The position numbers and the translations under genes are program-made. A stretch of DNA of 64,000 nt, taken from assembly GCA_021613535.1 (NCBI GenBank), contig CP075492.1, positions 3,038,001 through 3,102,000 of the forward strand, read 5' to 3'. Origin of the DNA: Adineta vaga. Taxonomy: Eukaryota > Animalia > Rotifera. Below, piece by piece: positions 25,137 through 35,602 of the stretch (within the stretch, counting starts at the first letter, position 1; every line of letters begins with the position of its first letter). The notes beneath the pieces are model-generated. The model was not told the origin of the DNA. It made no database searches and saw only the letters and a program-made list of their open reading frames with translations.

Positions 25137-26590
25137 TCTCCTCATTCGGTCGCCGAGAACTGACTGAGAGTTTCCAGAATATTCCAAAGAGTCTTTTATG
25201 ACGTCATGTGCGGTCTACAATACTCTCGAAAGTTCTACAGTAGACCACTTAGAGGTATAAATAGACCTGCTGCGGCTCCAACAAGATTATCATCCTTATG
25301 TATAATGCTCAGTGTGTGTGTATGTCTTTCTCTGTGCCGGGTTAAAGGTCAAGGGTCAAAGGGAATATAGATTATAGAATTTTCTAGAGCATCCGAGAAC
25401 TACGTATTTTACACTCGGATTTCTAGAATGTTCTCGAATTTCATAGAAGTGTCTGGAGTTTTCTAGAAGTTATTGTAAGAAACACATGGAAAGGTTAAAC
25501 GTGTTTTGAAGCTATCCGAACAGTGTTGCACGATGCTTTACATGAGGATAGTTACCGACGCCTAAAGGCTATTTAATCGTGATTCACATAGATCCCACAG
25601 TTCAGTATCATAAGGATCACCGCAGAGTCCGAAGTACGATATTATGGATATACTGGTAGATCTCCAAGTAGCGTAATATGAAGTTGATCATCGATTCCCA
25701 GGTGCTACATTGTGAGAGTATGTATAGGTCCCCGAGTACTACATTAAGGGACGCCGATAGACCCGAAGGTATTATATACATGAATGGCAATGCGTTCCAA
25801 AGTACTTTGTTCTGAAAATGGTGATAGGTCCTCAGCGGTATCTCATGCATGGTATCTATAGGCACTAAATACTGTATTGTGAGAACGGTCATAGATCGTC
25901 AAGGGTATGCTATAGGAGTATGGGCTATCCATTGGTCTTCAAGGATCGTATTGTATTCGTATCGATGGAACCAAACCAAGTACATAATGGAGATGACGAT
26001 AAGTCCTAAATGTATGTTGTATGGAGGTATCCAAAGTTCGACGCCAGATATTCTATAGACGCAGTGATAGGTTCTGAACGCTACATAATGTCACAATATC
26101 CGTAAGTCCTGAAGAACTGTTATATCTGAGTACTGAAAGATCGGGAAGGACTATTGTATAGAGGTGTCGGTAGATCCTGAACAGATATTATACTAAGATA
26201 CTTATTGACTTGGAAAGAAGTAATTCAACAGATGATCAAGTATTAACTGAATAGTGCTATAGGTTCAGGGCCCTTCAATTTTAAAGATAGGTAAGACATA
26301 GAAATGGGAGGCTGTGAGATTATCGAACTTAATATTTAATGTTTCTATGGCTGTTTTCCAGTGTCACCTGAAACGTCCGATATCCTCCATTAAAGACAGA
26401 AGGTAGCGGTGCAGTATGAATTGCGGGTCTAGCTAGTAAAGTGTAATAAGAATCTGTTCGTATTAGAAGTGTAGAAAAGAAGAAGAACATATATGCCCTG
26501 AAAGGACAGAAAGAAGAATCTGTCTGTGTTAGAAGTGTATAAAAGAAGTAGGATATACATGCATATGTCCTTTAAGAACACGAAAACGAA
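25137..26590. mobile_element. TE-like (possibly LTR-retroelement-derived) remnant
   Basis: Abrupt rise in GC at the duplication breakpoint; promoter-like block (HSEs, TATAAATA at ~25256); purine-rich tract followed by TGT at ~26300-26315; imperfect ~65-bp direct repeat 26448-26580. No RT, integrase or transposase motif recognised. Confidence 0.4.
25170..25470. promoter_or_regulatory. Clustered heat-shock-element (nGAAn/nTTCn) arrays with TATA box and AGGTCA direct repeat
   Basis: TTCcaGAAtaTTC at ~25172-25184; phased run at 25421-25468 TTCtaGAAtgTTCtcGAAttTCAtaGAAgtGTCtgGAGttTTCtaGAA; AGGTCAaGGGTCA at ~25346-25358. Confidence 0.6.
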
Positions 26591-27670
26591 AATATATTGA
26601 AATTTTTGTAAAATTTATGTGTTCATCAAGATTATATAACGATTGCTTTCTAAGCTAAATTTTGTTCAAATGATTTAGTTAATCATGTTTGTTAAGTATA
26701 TTTTGTGCTGACATTTAAGTAGCTTGTCCAGGGACTATCTACATCAGACACACTTTACTTTATAAATATCAAGGTGTTAGAGATGATGCATAATACGATT
26801 AACTCTGGTTATCATACATGAATCTATATTTTGCAAATAAAGCGGTAAATGTAAAGTAATACAAAACACTACTAACTGGTGAACGGAAAGAATAGTTGAG
26901 CATCATTTATTCAGCTCATATTAGATAGTAAAATAAATATCAAATGAACAAAAGACATAGCTTATGGTATGCTTATTCTTTCGAAGATTATTCATGAGAC
27001 ATTCTAAGTTCATAGTGAAATACAATAGGAAAAGGAAAATATGAAAGATTACAATTGCAAAAAAAGTATACGAGCGATTGCCATATGTCTTACAGTACTC
27101 ATATAATGAGCGACGACCCAATCGTTCAATTGTTAATAAACTATGAAGTTAAATGAGTGTAAAGCAAGAAGAAAATATTGACCAAACTATCATGCAATCA
27201 TCTACTTGTCTAATGAAAATATTTTCTGCATTCATTTATAATCTACCGTACGTCTAATCGTATAAAGTATAGTATTAGTGCGTCAGCGCTCCACTGAAAC
27301 TGCCCATCCCTAGGTTTGTCTCCACTTGAAAATCTATTTAACTTGGATTGATCCTCTCTCAAATCGTTAATCTTCTTATCGTACGTAAGGATTATTTGAT
27401 ATTTAGTGTAAAATCTTGTCGATCAAAAACTAGAGTGTGGATCCATATGGAAACTCAGACAACCTTCGTGTTATGTAAATAGTTTGAATTCACATTATGC
27501 CTATACCTTCTATTGTTTCAACAGACGCTAGTCAACAAAGATTCATTAATTTGTGGTTGTTAATGGGGTACTAAGTGTGTCTCTGTTGCTGTCTGATGAA
27601 TTTTCTTATATGTTTATCCACATCTTTACATGTGATTACGAGATTTTTCTCCTTTTCTGTCATATATATA

Positions 27671-28166
27671 TGTCGTGCCGAAGTTACTGTGAACGATATA
27701 ATGAACTTCAAATGCTGAAAAATCACCACCGTTTATATTATCTTTTGAGAATTATTTTTCACGAATGAAATATTCAAATTTACTTTTGAATATTCTGACC
27801 AATGTAAATATATTCGAAAAATAAAACATACGATATGATATTTTAAATCAAAGTATTGATTGATTAAAATCTTGTTATTTCCAATAGCACTATGTCTCAT
27901 CATTTTGAGCTACTGAAACGCTTTCGCACTGTCGCAACATCTGAGCAAAAAATGAGTTGGATGGAAAATCTTGTAAGCTCTGTGTATTTGATAAGACATC
28001 CAAAGGTAAGTTTGAATATTTCATTCGTGAAAAATAATTCTCAAAAGATAATATAAACGGTGGTGATTTTTCAACATTTGAAGTTCATTATATCGTTCAC
28101 AGTAATTTCGACAAAATTTCATTGCCGAAGTTCAACTTCGGCAAAGAGTGTAACTTCGGCACGACA
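27671..28166. mobile_element. MITE (non-autonomous DNA transposon) with >100-bp TIRs, TA-flanked
   Basis: Ends TGTCGTGCCGAAGTTAC / GTAACTTCGGCACGACA, flanked by TATA on both sides; 27688-27790 is the reverse complement of ~28000-28101. Confidence 0.88.
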
Positions 28167-28699
28167 TATACATAGGTTTTCCTCTTCCATCTGTTTTTCT
28201 TTATTTTATTTCATATTATTGTTTTATGAATATCTTCTTGAAGCGAATTCATTGTGTAAGTCGATAAGTATAAAATTGATGAGTATCGGATTAAATATAT
28301 GACACGTAAAATTGAGTTCGTAAAGCAAAACTTAAAACTTCAATTTTTACAATAGATGATTGATATTGCATTAAAATTTAGAAAGATGAAGGAGATCAAT
28401 ATCCATTTGGATTTCTCAATGTGATCCATTGCTATCAGAGAAAGAAGAAAGAATCGCTTTCTAGGTGTCCTAATGAGAGGTGGTTAGAACTGTCACCTCA
28501 CTCCTTCCTAATCTTTGCAGTTTTTCTTTATTTTGTTTCGAACACCAGAACATCTCTGACATCTCCTCTCCCTCTGCCTTTGATAATACATATCTTATCG
28601 GTTGATAAATTCGACCAATAGAAAACCTTCTTCATTTTCATTATAATAATTTTGTTTTTTCGATAAGCATTTGCTTTTTCAAAGAAGATTTCGTTCAAA

Positions 28700-29356
28700 A
28701 TGAAGATTGCAGTATTTGGTGCAACAGGAACAACGGGTGTAATGTTTGTCCGTCAAGCCTTAGAAGAAAAGCATCGTCTAAAATTATATTGTCGTCCACA
28801 ATCGATATCCAAATTGGGTGAATTAATTTCGAATGAATTAATCGAAATAATTCAAGGAGGATTTGATGATGATTTTACTCCTGTTATTCACAATGTTGAT
28901 GTTGTTGTTAGTTTTCTCGGTCCAGGAATTGGTTGGCCATCGGGTAATCCATTAGAAAAAGTGATGATTAAAATAATGGAAACAATGAGAAAAGAAGGTA
29001 TTCAAAGATTTATAACAATGGGAACACCAACAATCAGTGATTCACTCGATCATTATTCATTTAAATATAAAATGATGGTTTCTACTCTTAAAACTTTTCA
29101 AAGAAATGTTTATGATGATATGATTGCTGTTGGCAATTTATTCAAAAGTGGTTTGTATGATGATTTAGAATGGACTGTGGGAAGAATTTGCATTTTACAA
29201 AATCGACCTGAACCTACCGATCGTATACATATTGGATATATTGGTGATAATGAAGGTTCATGTTTTACTCAACGAGCTGATTGGGCAAAATTTGTTTTAT
29301 TGGAAATCTCCAAAAGAAAATGGATAAGAAAAATGCCATTTTTAAGTTCAATTTAA
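28700..29356 (+). CDS. NAD(P)H-binding oxidoreductase (NAD_binding_10 / flavin-reductase-like)
   Basis: MKIAVFGATGTTG Rossmann motif, DVVVSFLG, LEWTVGR, RADWAKF; intronless. Confidence 0.88.
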   Translation: MKIAVFGATGTTGVMFVRQALEEKHRLKLYCRPQSISKLGELISNELIEIIQGGFDDDFTPVIHNVDVVVSFLGPGIGWPSGNPLEKVMIKIMETMRKEGIQRFITMGTPTISDSLDHYSFKYKMMVSTLKTFQRNVYDDMIAVGNLFKSGLYDDLEWTVGRICILQNRPEPTDRIHIGYIGDNEGSCFTQRADWAKFVLLEISKRKWIRKMPFLSSI

Positions 29357-30384
29357 TTTTCTGAATTTTCTATTTGTTTTTCTAATTGACTCAATTGCTT
29401 TTCTGATATTGGTTTGAACATATGTAATCTTCCTAAACGAATTAAAAGTTCATTTTCAAATTCGATTCGATTAACATTCGTTAAAATAAATGTTTGCAAT
29501 GGTCTTCCCCATCTTCCATTCCAATCTGCTACAGTTAAACCTGAAGTTAACCTTCCTATATCTTCTACATCAACACAAGCTTTTTTTCCTTGAAATAAAT
29601 CTGGTCTAATCAAAAACATAATCGCAGTTGGATCATTAAAACACGGTGGATCATTCCATGATTTTAATATATTTGTATAATGTTCAGTAATATCATAACA
29701 AAACTGTCCAATAGAATTTAAATTTCGAATTTTATTTCGAATTTCATCATTTAATGGAAGTTGTCTTGTACAATTTAATCCCACCATGGTTATATTCGGA
29801 AAGGAATCGAATACAATTCTACCTGCATGTGGATCATTTGCTAGATTTGCTTCAGCAGCAGCTGTCTTATTTCCATGTCCTTCAATTGCTCCACCCATAA
29901 GAACAAGTTTTTTAACAGATTTTATAAATTTTTCACCACCAATTGAAATCGCTAAAGCAATATTTGTCAATGGTCCAATTGCACATAATGTAATTTCATT
30001 TGGATGATTTAAAACATGTTGAACAATAAATTGTGCAGCGGTAATATTTTCATATTTTTCTAAAGGAATTTGATTTAAATTTTCAAATGGAGATTTAATA
30101 TTTCCAATTCCATTTTCTGAATGAACTTGAATTCCTGAATGACCATGATATGCATATGTTAATGGTTTATTTGCACCTTTAATCACTGGTATTTGTGAAC
30201 TCATTTGACACATTTGTAATAATAAACAAGCATTATTTGCAAGTAAATCAATATCATTATGATTACCCATAACAATTGTTATTCCATCGATTTGAATTTC
30301 ATCAGGAGATGATAAAGCTAGTAGAATTGCAATAGAATCATCAATACCTGGATCACAATCTAAAATTATTCTTTCACAAACCAT
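29353..30384 (-). CDS. Inosine/uridine-preferring nucleoside hydrolase
   Basis: IILDCDPGIDD, IGPLTNIA, LMGG..GN..AAEAN..DP, NDP motifs; intronless. Confidence 0.92.
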   Translation of the reverse strand: MVCERIILDCDPGIDDSIAILLALSSPDEIQIDGITIVMGNHNDIDLLANNACLLLQMCQMSSQIPVIKGANKPLTYAYHGHSGIQVHSENGIGNIKSPFENLNQIPLEKYENITAAQFIVQHVLNHPNEITLCAIGPLTNIALAISIGGEKFIKSVKKLVLMGGAIEGHGNKTAAAEANLANDPHAGRIVFDSFPNITMVGLNCTRQLPLNDEIRNKIRNLNSIGQFCYDITEHYTNILKSWNDPPCFNDPTAIMFLIRPDLFQGKKACVDVEDIGRLTSGLTVADWNGRWGRPLQTFILTNVNRIEFENELLIRLGRLHMFKPISEKQLSQLEKQIENSEN

Positions 30385-30699
30385 TTTATTTATGTATTTA
30401 TTTGAAAAAGATAATATTTCAATTTTATATTAAAATAAAAAGAAAGATAAGACACCGAACAAATGATAAATCTCGTAAAAGAGATGTCACTATCACACGA
30501 ATTCTTTTCCTATATATTCGAATAGAAAAACATTAACGAATCTCGATCCTTTCTTCTACCTCACGATATTCTTTTGGTCTGTATAACCCTCGATAAGTTA
30601 TATCTCTCTTTTTACTATTCGAACTTTTCTTCTTTTCTCTCATATAAAAGCGAAGATAAAACATTCGATTCTTATTCATTTATTTTCAACGAAGAAAAC

Positions 30700-31053
30700 A
30701 TGTGTGATACATCGATTATAAAAGTTTCGTCGAAAACTGCACCAGTTGGTGAAATGGGCCAAAAATATTTAGCCTGTGGAAAGTCTTTATCAATGCGAAT
30801 GTGGGATAATGAACAAACTTCCAATGAAGACAAACCATTTTCCGTTCGTGATTATGAAACATGTGGTTATGTTATTTCTGGTAAAGCTGAATTATCTTTT
30901 GAGAATAATCAAAAAGTTTTACTTTCAACTGGTGATTCATGGATTGTACCCAAAGGTGCTAAACATACATACAAGATTTTAGAAAATTTTACCGCAATTG
31001 AAGCAACACATCCACCTGCTGAAATTAAAAATCGTGATGCCTCAAATCATTAA
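30700..31053 (+). CDS. Small bacterial-type cupin-domain protein
   Basis: ATG at 30700; GQKYLA.G..SMR.W, YET.GYVISG.AEL, GDSWIVPKGAKHTY cupin motifs; intronless. Confidence 0.85.
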   Translation: MCDTSIIKVSSKTAPVGEMGQKYLACGKSLSMRMWDNEQTSNEDKPFSVRDYETCGYVISGKAELSFENNQKVLLSTGDSWIVPKGAKHTYKILENFTAIEATHPPAEIKNRDASNH

Positions 31054-31225
31054 CTAAAAGAATAAGATTTGTTTTTGTTTTTGTTTTTTAAATAAATTTA
31101 TTCTCGCACAAAGATTTTTTCTTTCTATTAAAAAATCCGATCGACATTTTCTGTTGATTCGTTTCTATGTCAACAGAAAAAGAAGGAATCAATTATATAT
31201 TTGGATTGAGGTAAATAAATCAAAC

Positions 31226-33716
31226 ATGTCCGAAGATTATTTAAATGATTTAAAAGAATTCGAGAATTTAACAAAATTAACGATTGATTTATCAGAAGAA
31301 ATTTGGTTAAAATTTCTTTCTTTATGGTTTCAAATTCTTGAATATGAACCATCAATTCATGAAATGTTATTATGTTATCAACAATGTATTCAACTTCTAC
31401 CAATTCTAATGAAAAAATGTCATTTTTATCAAATAAGAAAAGATATTCGAATATCAAAAGAAACTTCATTTAAATCTTTAGAAAAATTAAATGAAAATCG
31501 ATTGAAAAATTATTTTTTATTAACAAAAGATGAACAAGATAAAGAAGAAAATAAAGTTTATTATCATCATATTTATTATCTTTTATTAATTTCATCTCAA
31601 ACAATTTCATTTGTTTCATTTGAATCTCGAGATGAACAATTATTTATTGAAAAATATGTTGAACTTTTTCAAATCTTTATTAATCGTATTGATAAACGAA
31701 TGCAAAGTAATTTAAATCAATCCAATGAAATAAAAGAACAAACATTAGCTGTTATTAATGAAAGAATCTTAACTTTTTTCTGGAATTTATCTGATCGAAC
31801 GATATTAATTCCTTTTCTAATTCAAACTCAACTTCCATTCAAAGTTTTACAATGGCTTAGTCAATCATCATTTCTAACAGAAAAAAGTCGACGACCATTT
31901 CTTGGTATAATACAAAATATTGCTCGACATGATGATGGTACTGACAAATTAAATGAATTCAATGGACTTGAAATTGTTAAACAATATCAACAACAGTAAG
32001 TTTTATCTTTATCGTTATTTTTTTTTGACTTTTTTAATTTCAAAATAGAAAACTTGAAAAGACTCAAACTCGAAAATTAATTTTATCAATGTCAATTGCA
32101 TTATTATCAACACATGAACAATTGAAAGATAATAGAAAAGGAATGAATATTGTATTAAATAATTTATTAGAATCTATAATAATTTCCTTTAAATCTGATC
32201 GTTATCGTTTTGATGGTATTCATATAAGTGAACTATTAGAAATTTTAGTTAAATTATTTGTTGTGGAAGAACGAATACTTGATTATATTCTTAATCATGT
32301 TGAAACAAATCCTTCATCAAATTTAATTTCAACAATTCAATTATTTATTGAAATATTTATACAATTTAGTCATTCATTAAAAGAATCCGATCGTGTTGAT
32401 CAATTAACATTCATTGCTATTGCAAATATTTTATGGAGTATTTCATTTCTTAATTATACAAAAGATTATTTAATTGAAAATAATTTATTTATTCAAATTC
32501 TTTTTCAATTAAATCAAGAACAAAATCAAAATGATATTATTCAACAATATAAACCGAAATCAATGGAAAATATTCAACAAGCTATTCAAGGAATTTTACA
32601 TAATCTTCATCTTATTCAAGATAATAAACATCTCACAGATATTCAAAAGTAATTACAAGTTTTTTCCCTTTTCTCAAAGAAAAAGTTCAGTATAGTGTTA
32701 AACTTGAAGCGACAATTTTGAAAAAAGTGATCCTAGTCATTATTTTTGATGGATAAACATTTAGATTTTGTTACTCATAAACGTGCATTTATATTCGAAT
32801 TCGAATTAGGCAGGTCATGGAAGGAATACAATCGAGATGATGAGTTAGTAAATGTAAGATAGTTCATATTTATTTGATATTTTAGTAAAACTGATGAAAA
32901 TTGGATAATGATAAGTTATTGTCATGAAAATTTGAATATTTGTAATGAAATTTATGAATATTTAAAAAAATCAATAAAAAATTTAAATATTTGGATTGAT
33001 CAAACACATTTAAATAATTCGTGTGATTTATGGGAATCAATTGCATATGGAATGGAAAAATCCAATTTTATTTTATGTTTTCTTTCTGAACAATATTTTC
33101 AAAGTAAATCATGTCGACAAGAATTTATTTATGCAAATGATTCATTGAAAAAACCAATTATACCAATATTAATTAGTAATTTTCAACCAAAAGGATGGCT
33201 TGGTTTGATTTTTTGTCTTTGTTTAAATATATAAATCTTGCTCTTTTAGGTATTCGTATGACTGGTTTAAAATATATTCGTTTTAAAAATGAAAATCAAT
33301 TAGAAGAAAAGAAAAAAACGGAATTATTAAATACAATTCTTTCGTCTTTATCATTAAAATTAAGTCATGTTACAAACAAAGAAAATCTTTCTCCTTCTTC
33401 TGAACATCAATTCGAAGAATCTTCATCAAATTTAAATGAAATTCAAAAATGGTTTCAATCAAATCGTCTTTCCAAAGAATTTTATGATTTATTTCAATTT
33501 GAAACTCGTGAAGAAATGTTTGATTATGCTCAATTATTATTCAAAGATCGTGAAAAACAAATGAATATTTATGAAAAAATCTATTCACAAAAATATCATG
33601 GAAAACAAATGCCACCTCATGAATTTCTTCGTTTTACTAAATCTTTAGAACAATTTATCAACGATGATTTAAATTCATCAACACAAATCAAATCAAAAAC
33701 TTGTATTCTTTTATAA
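31226..33716 (+). CDS. ARM-like helical repeats + TIR + SAM-like domain protein with C-terminal CaaX (CILL)
   Basis: Four exons splice in frame. TIR motifs MISYCH, IWIDQ, WESIAYGME..FILCFLSEQYFQSKSCRQE; then EIQKWF SAM-like region; ends KSKTCILL*. Confidence 0.85.
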
Positions 33717-33943
33717 ACGAACGTTTCTTTTATTTCGGTATATTTCTATAAAATAATTATCCTTTATCAATGAAGTACGAACGGCGAAATAGATTCATTC
33801 TAATATACAAAAACGAAATTTCGCGACATCTATCTTTTTGAATAGCAGAATGTTAGGTGATATTAAGCAATAAAATTTGTGATTGTGAAATAACAAATAG
33901 TTTTTGATAAAAACAATTAAAGTTTTTCTACTGAAAATAACAA

Positions 33944-35602
33944 ATGGAAAATTGCAATGAAGTTTTACGTCCATATCCTATTGATCCATCTCAAGATAGA
34001 GTTATACGAAAAATTGTTTTTGCTAAACGAAAATTAATACCTCGATTAACATCATTTCTATTTACAATCTTAACATATCCATTAAAATTATTTTGTAAAT
34101 ATAGAAATAAAAAATCAATTCCTGAAAATATTCAAGAAATTGATTCAAAAGAAATTTCCTCAATTTATGTTTCAACGCCAACATCAACAATGGATTCAAA
34201 ATTTTATTATATTTTACGTTATGGAAAAATTTGGTTTAAACCAATCGGTGCACATCCTGATTCATCATTTAAATTATTTGGTGATTATGGTTTTATTGAT
34301 CAATTTCAAATTCCATTAATATCGATTAGTGTTGATGGTGATAATATTTTAGCTGTTGATCAAAATCAAATCATTCATTATGCTAAAAGTAATCAAATCA
34401 TTTGTCAAGTTTCATTTGATTGTCCTCAATGGAAAATCATTGAATCAAGAATAAAATGGACACAAAAATGGTTTAATATGGATGGTGTTTCACTTCTTGT
34501 AAATTTATTCAAAAATCCAATATTAAAATCTTTAAAAAATAGTCGAAATATTTGTATGTCACATAAAGGTCATGAAACAATGTATTATACAGATATGAAT
34601 GGGAAAAAACATCCTGATCCATATGTTGGTGTAACAACAATTTATTGTCTAAATGAAGATGGAACACGAATCTTTTTTGCTGATCCTTGGTTACAAAATA
34701 AATTTGAAAATGAATTAACAACACCGGAAGATGGAGAATTTGTTGCAGAATCAATGGCAACAAGTGGATCAACATTATTTCTTCTTCAAAGAGCAAAAAA
34801 TCATTTGGGAAAAGAAATTAATAAAATGTATACACGTTTTGCTGATTTTGATTCGATTGGATCAAATCCTGCCTTAACATCAACATACAATCGAAAGAAT
34901 AATATTCCTCTTGTTCGTTTTCTTCCAAGTGAAGATTGGCTTCAACAACCATTTATTAATATTCAAGGTAAAGCTCGTTTAACGAAACATATTTCCATTC
35001 ATCAAATTGGTTGGGGACAAAATAATCGTCAATTAAGAGTTCAAGGAACGAATTCAGAGGGTTCGGTTGGATTTTATTTTAAAAATATTTATGAAAAGAA
35101 TTGGGATTTTCAAATAACAAATGATATTCAAATATCAGAAGAGGAATTTCTATCAGAATCAATTGAACATATTGGATTTACAAAAGGTCCACAGATATGT
35201 TTTGATTATGAAAATGGTGAACTTGAGTCGAATTTCAAAGGAATTCGATTGAAAAATATTATTTTAGAAAAATTTTCACATCGAGGTCTCAATGAAAGAG
35301 GTTTACATACCAAATTAATCTTAATTTCAAATGATAATTGTCAATTATCAATTCCATTGTATGCAAGACGAGGTTGGAAAAGTTTAATTGGATTATCGAA
35401 ATCAAATCTTTGGAAATTAGTTATTCCATATGAATATTTTCAACAAGAAAATTCTGATATTCAACAAATTCTAAATGATCTTTTTCATAATAGATTTCGA
35501 CATAATGTTTGTGTTGAGGAATCAAATCAACAAATTACAATTACAAATACGTTTTTTAGTAGTGCAAAATTTAAATTTATTTTTAAAAATAAATCGAAAT
35601 AG
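33944..35602 (+). CDS. Uncharacterised 552-aa intronless protein, possibly of bacterial origin
   Basis: Long intact ORF with protein-like motifs (GVTTIY, FFADPWL, MYTRFADFD, LRVQG); no family recognised with confidence. Confidence 0.8.
   Translation: MENCNEVLRPYPIDPSQDRVIRKIVFAKRKLIPRLTSFLFTILTYPLKLFCKYRNKKSIPENIQEIDSKEISSIYVSTPTSTMDSKFYYILRYGKIWFKPIGAHPDSSFKLFGDYGFIDQFQIPLISISVDGDNILAVDQNQIIHYAKSNQIICQVSFDCPQWKIIESRIKWTQKWFNMDGVSLLVNLFKNPILKSLKNSRNICMSHKGHETMYYTDMNGKKHPDPYVGVTTIYCLNEDGTRIFFADPWLQNKFENELTTPEDGEFVAESMATSGSTLFLLQRAKNHLGKEINKMYTRFADFDSIGSNPALTSTYNRKNNIPLVRFLPSEDWLQQPFINIQGKARLTKHISIHQIGWGQNNRQLRVQGTNSEGSVGFYFKNIYEKNWDFQITNDIQISEEEFLSESIEHIGFTKGPQICFDYENGELESNFKGIRLKNIILEKFSHRGLNERGLHTKLILISNDNCQLSIPLYARRGWKSLIGLSKSNLWKLVIPYEYFQQENSDIQQILNDLFHNRFRHNVCVEESNQQITITNTFFSSAKFKFIFKNKSK

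Noticed and set aside
25617-26058. ORFs in the TE-like block as gag/pol/env
   Set aside because: No RT, integrase, protease or zinc-knuckle motif recognised; left unassigned.
28700-31053. Bacterial contaminant contig
   Set aside because: The intronless genes share host-like AT-rich composition and are interleaved with spliceosomal-intron genes.
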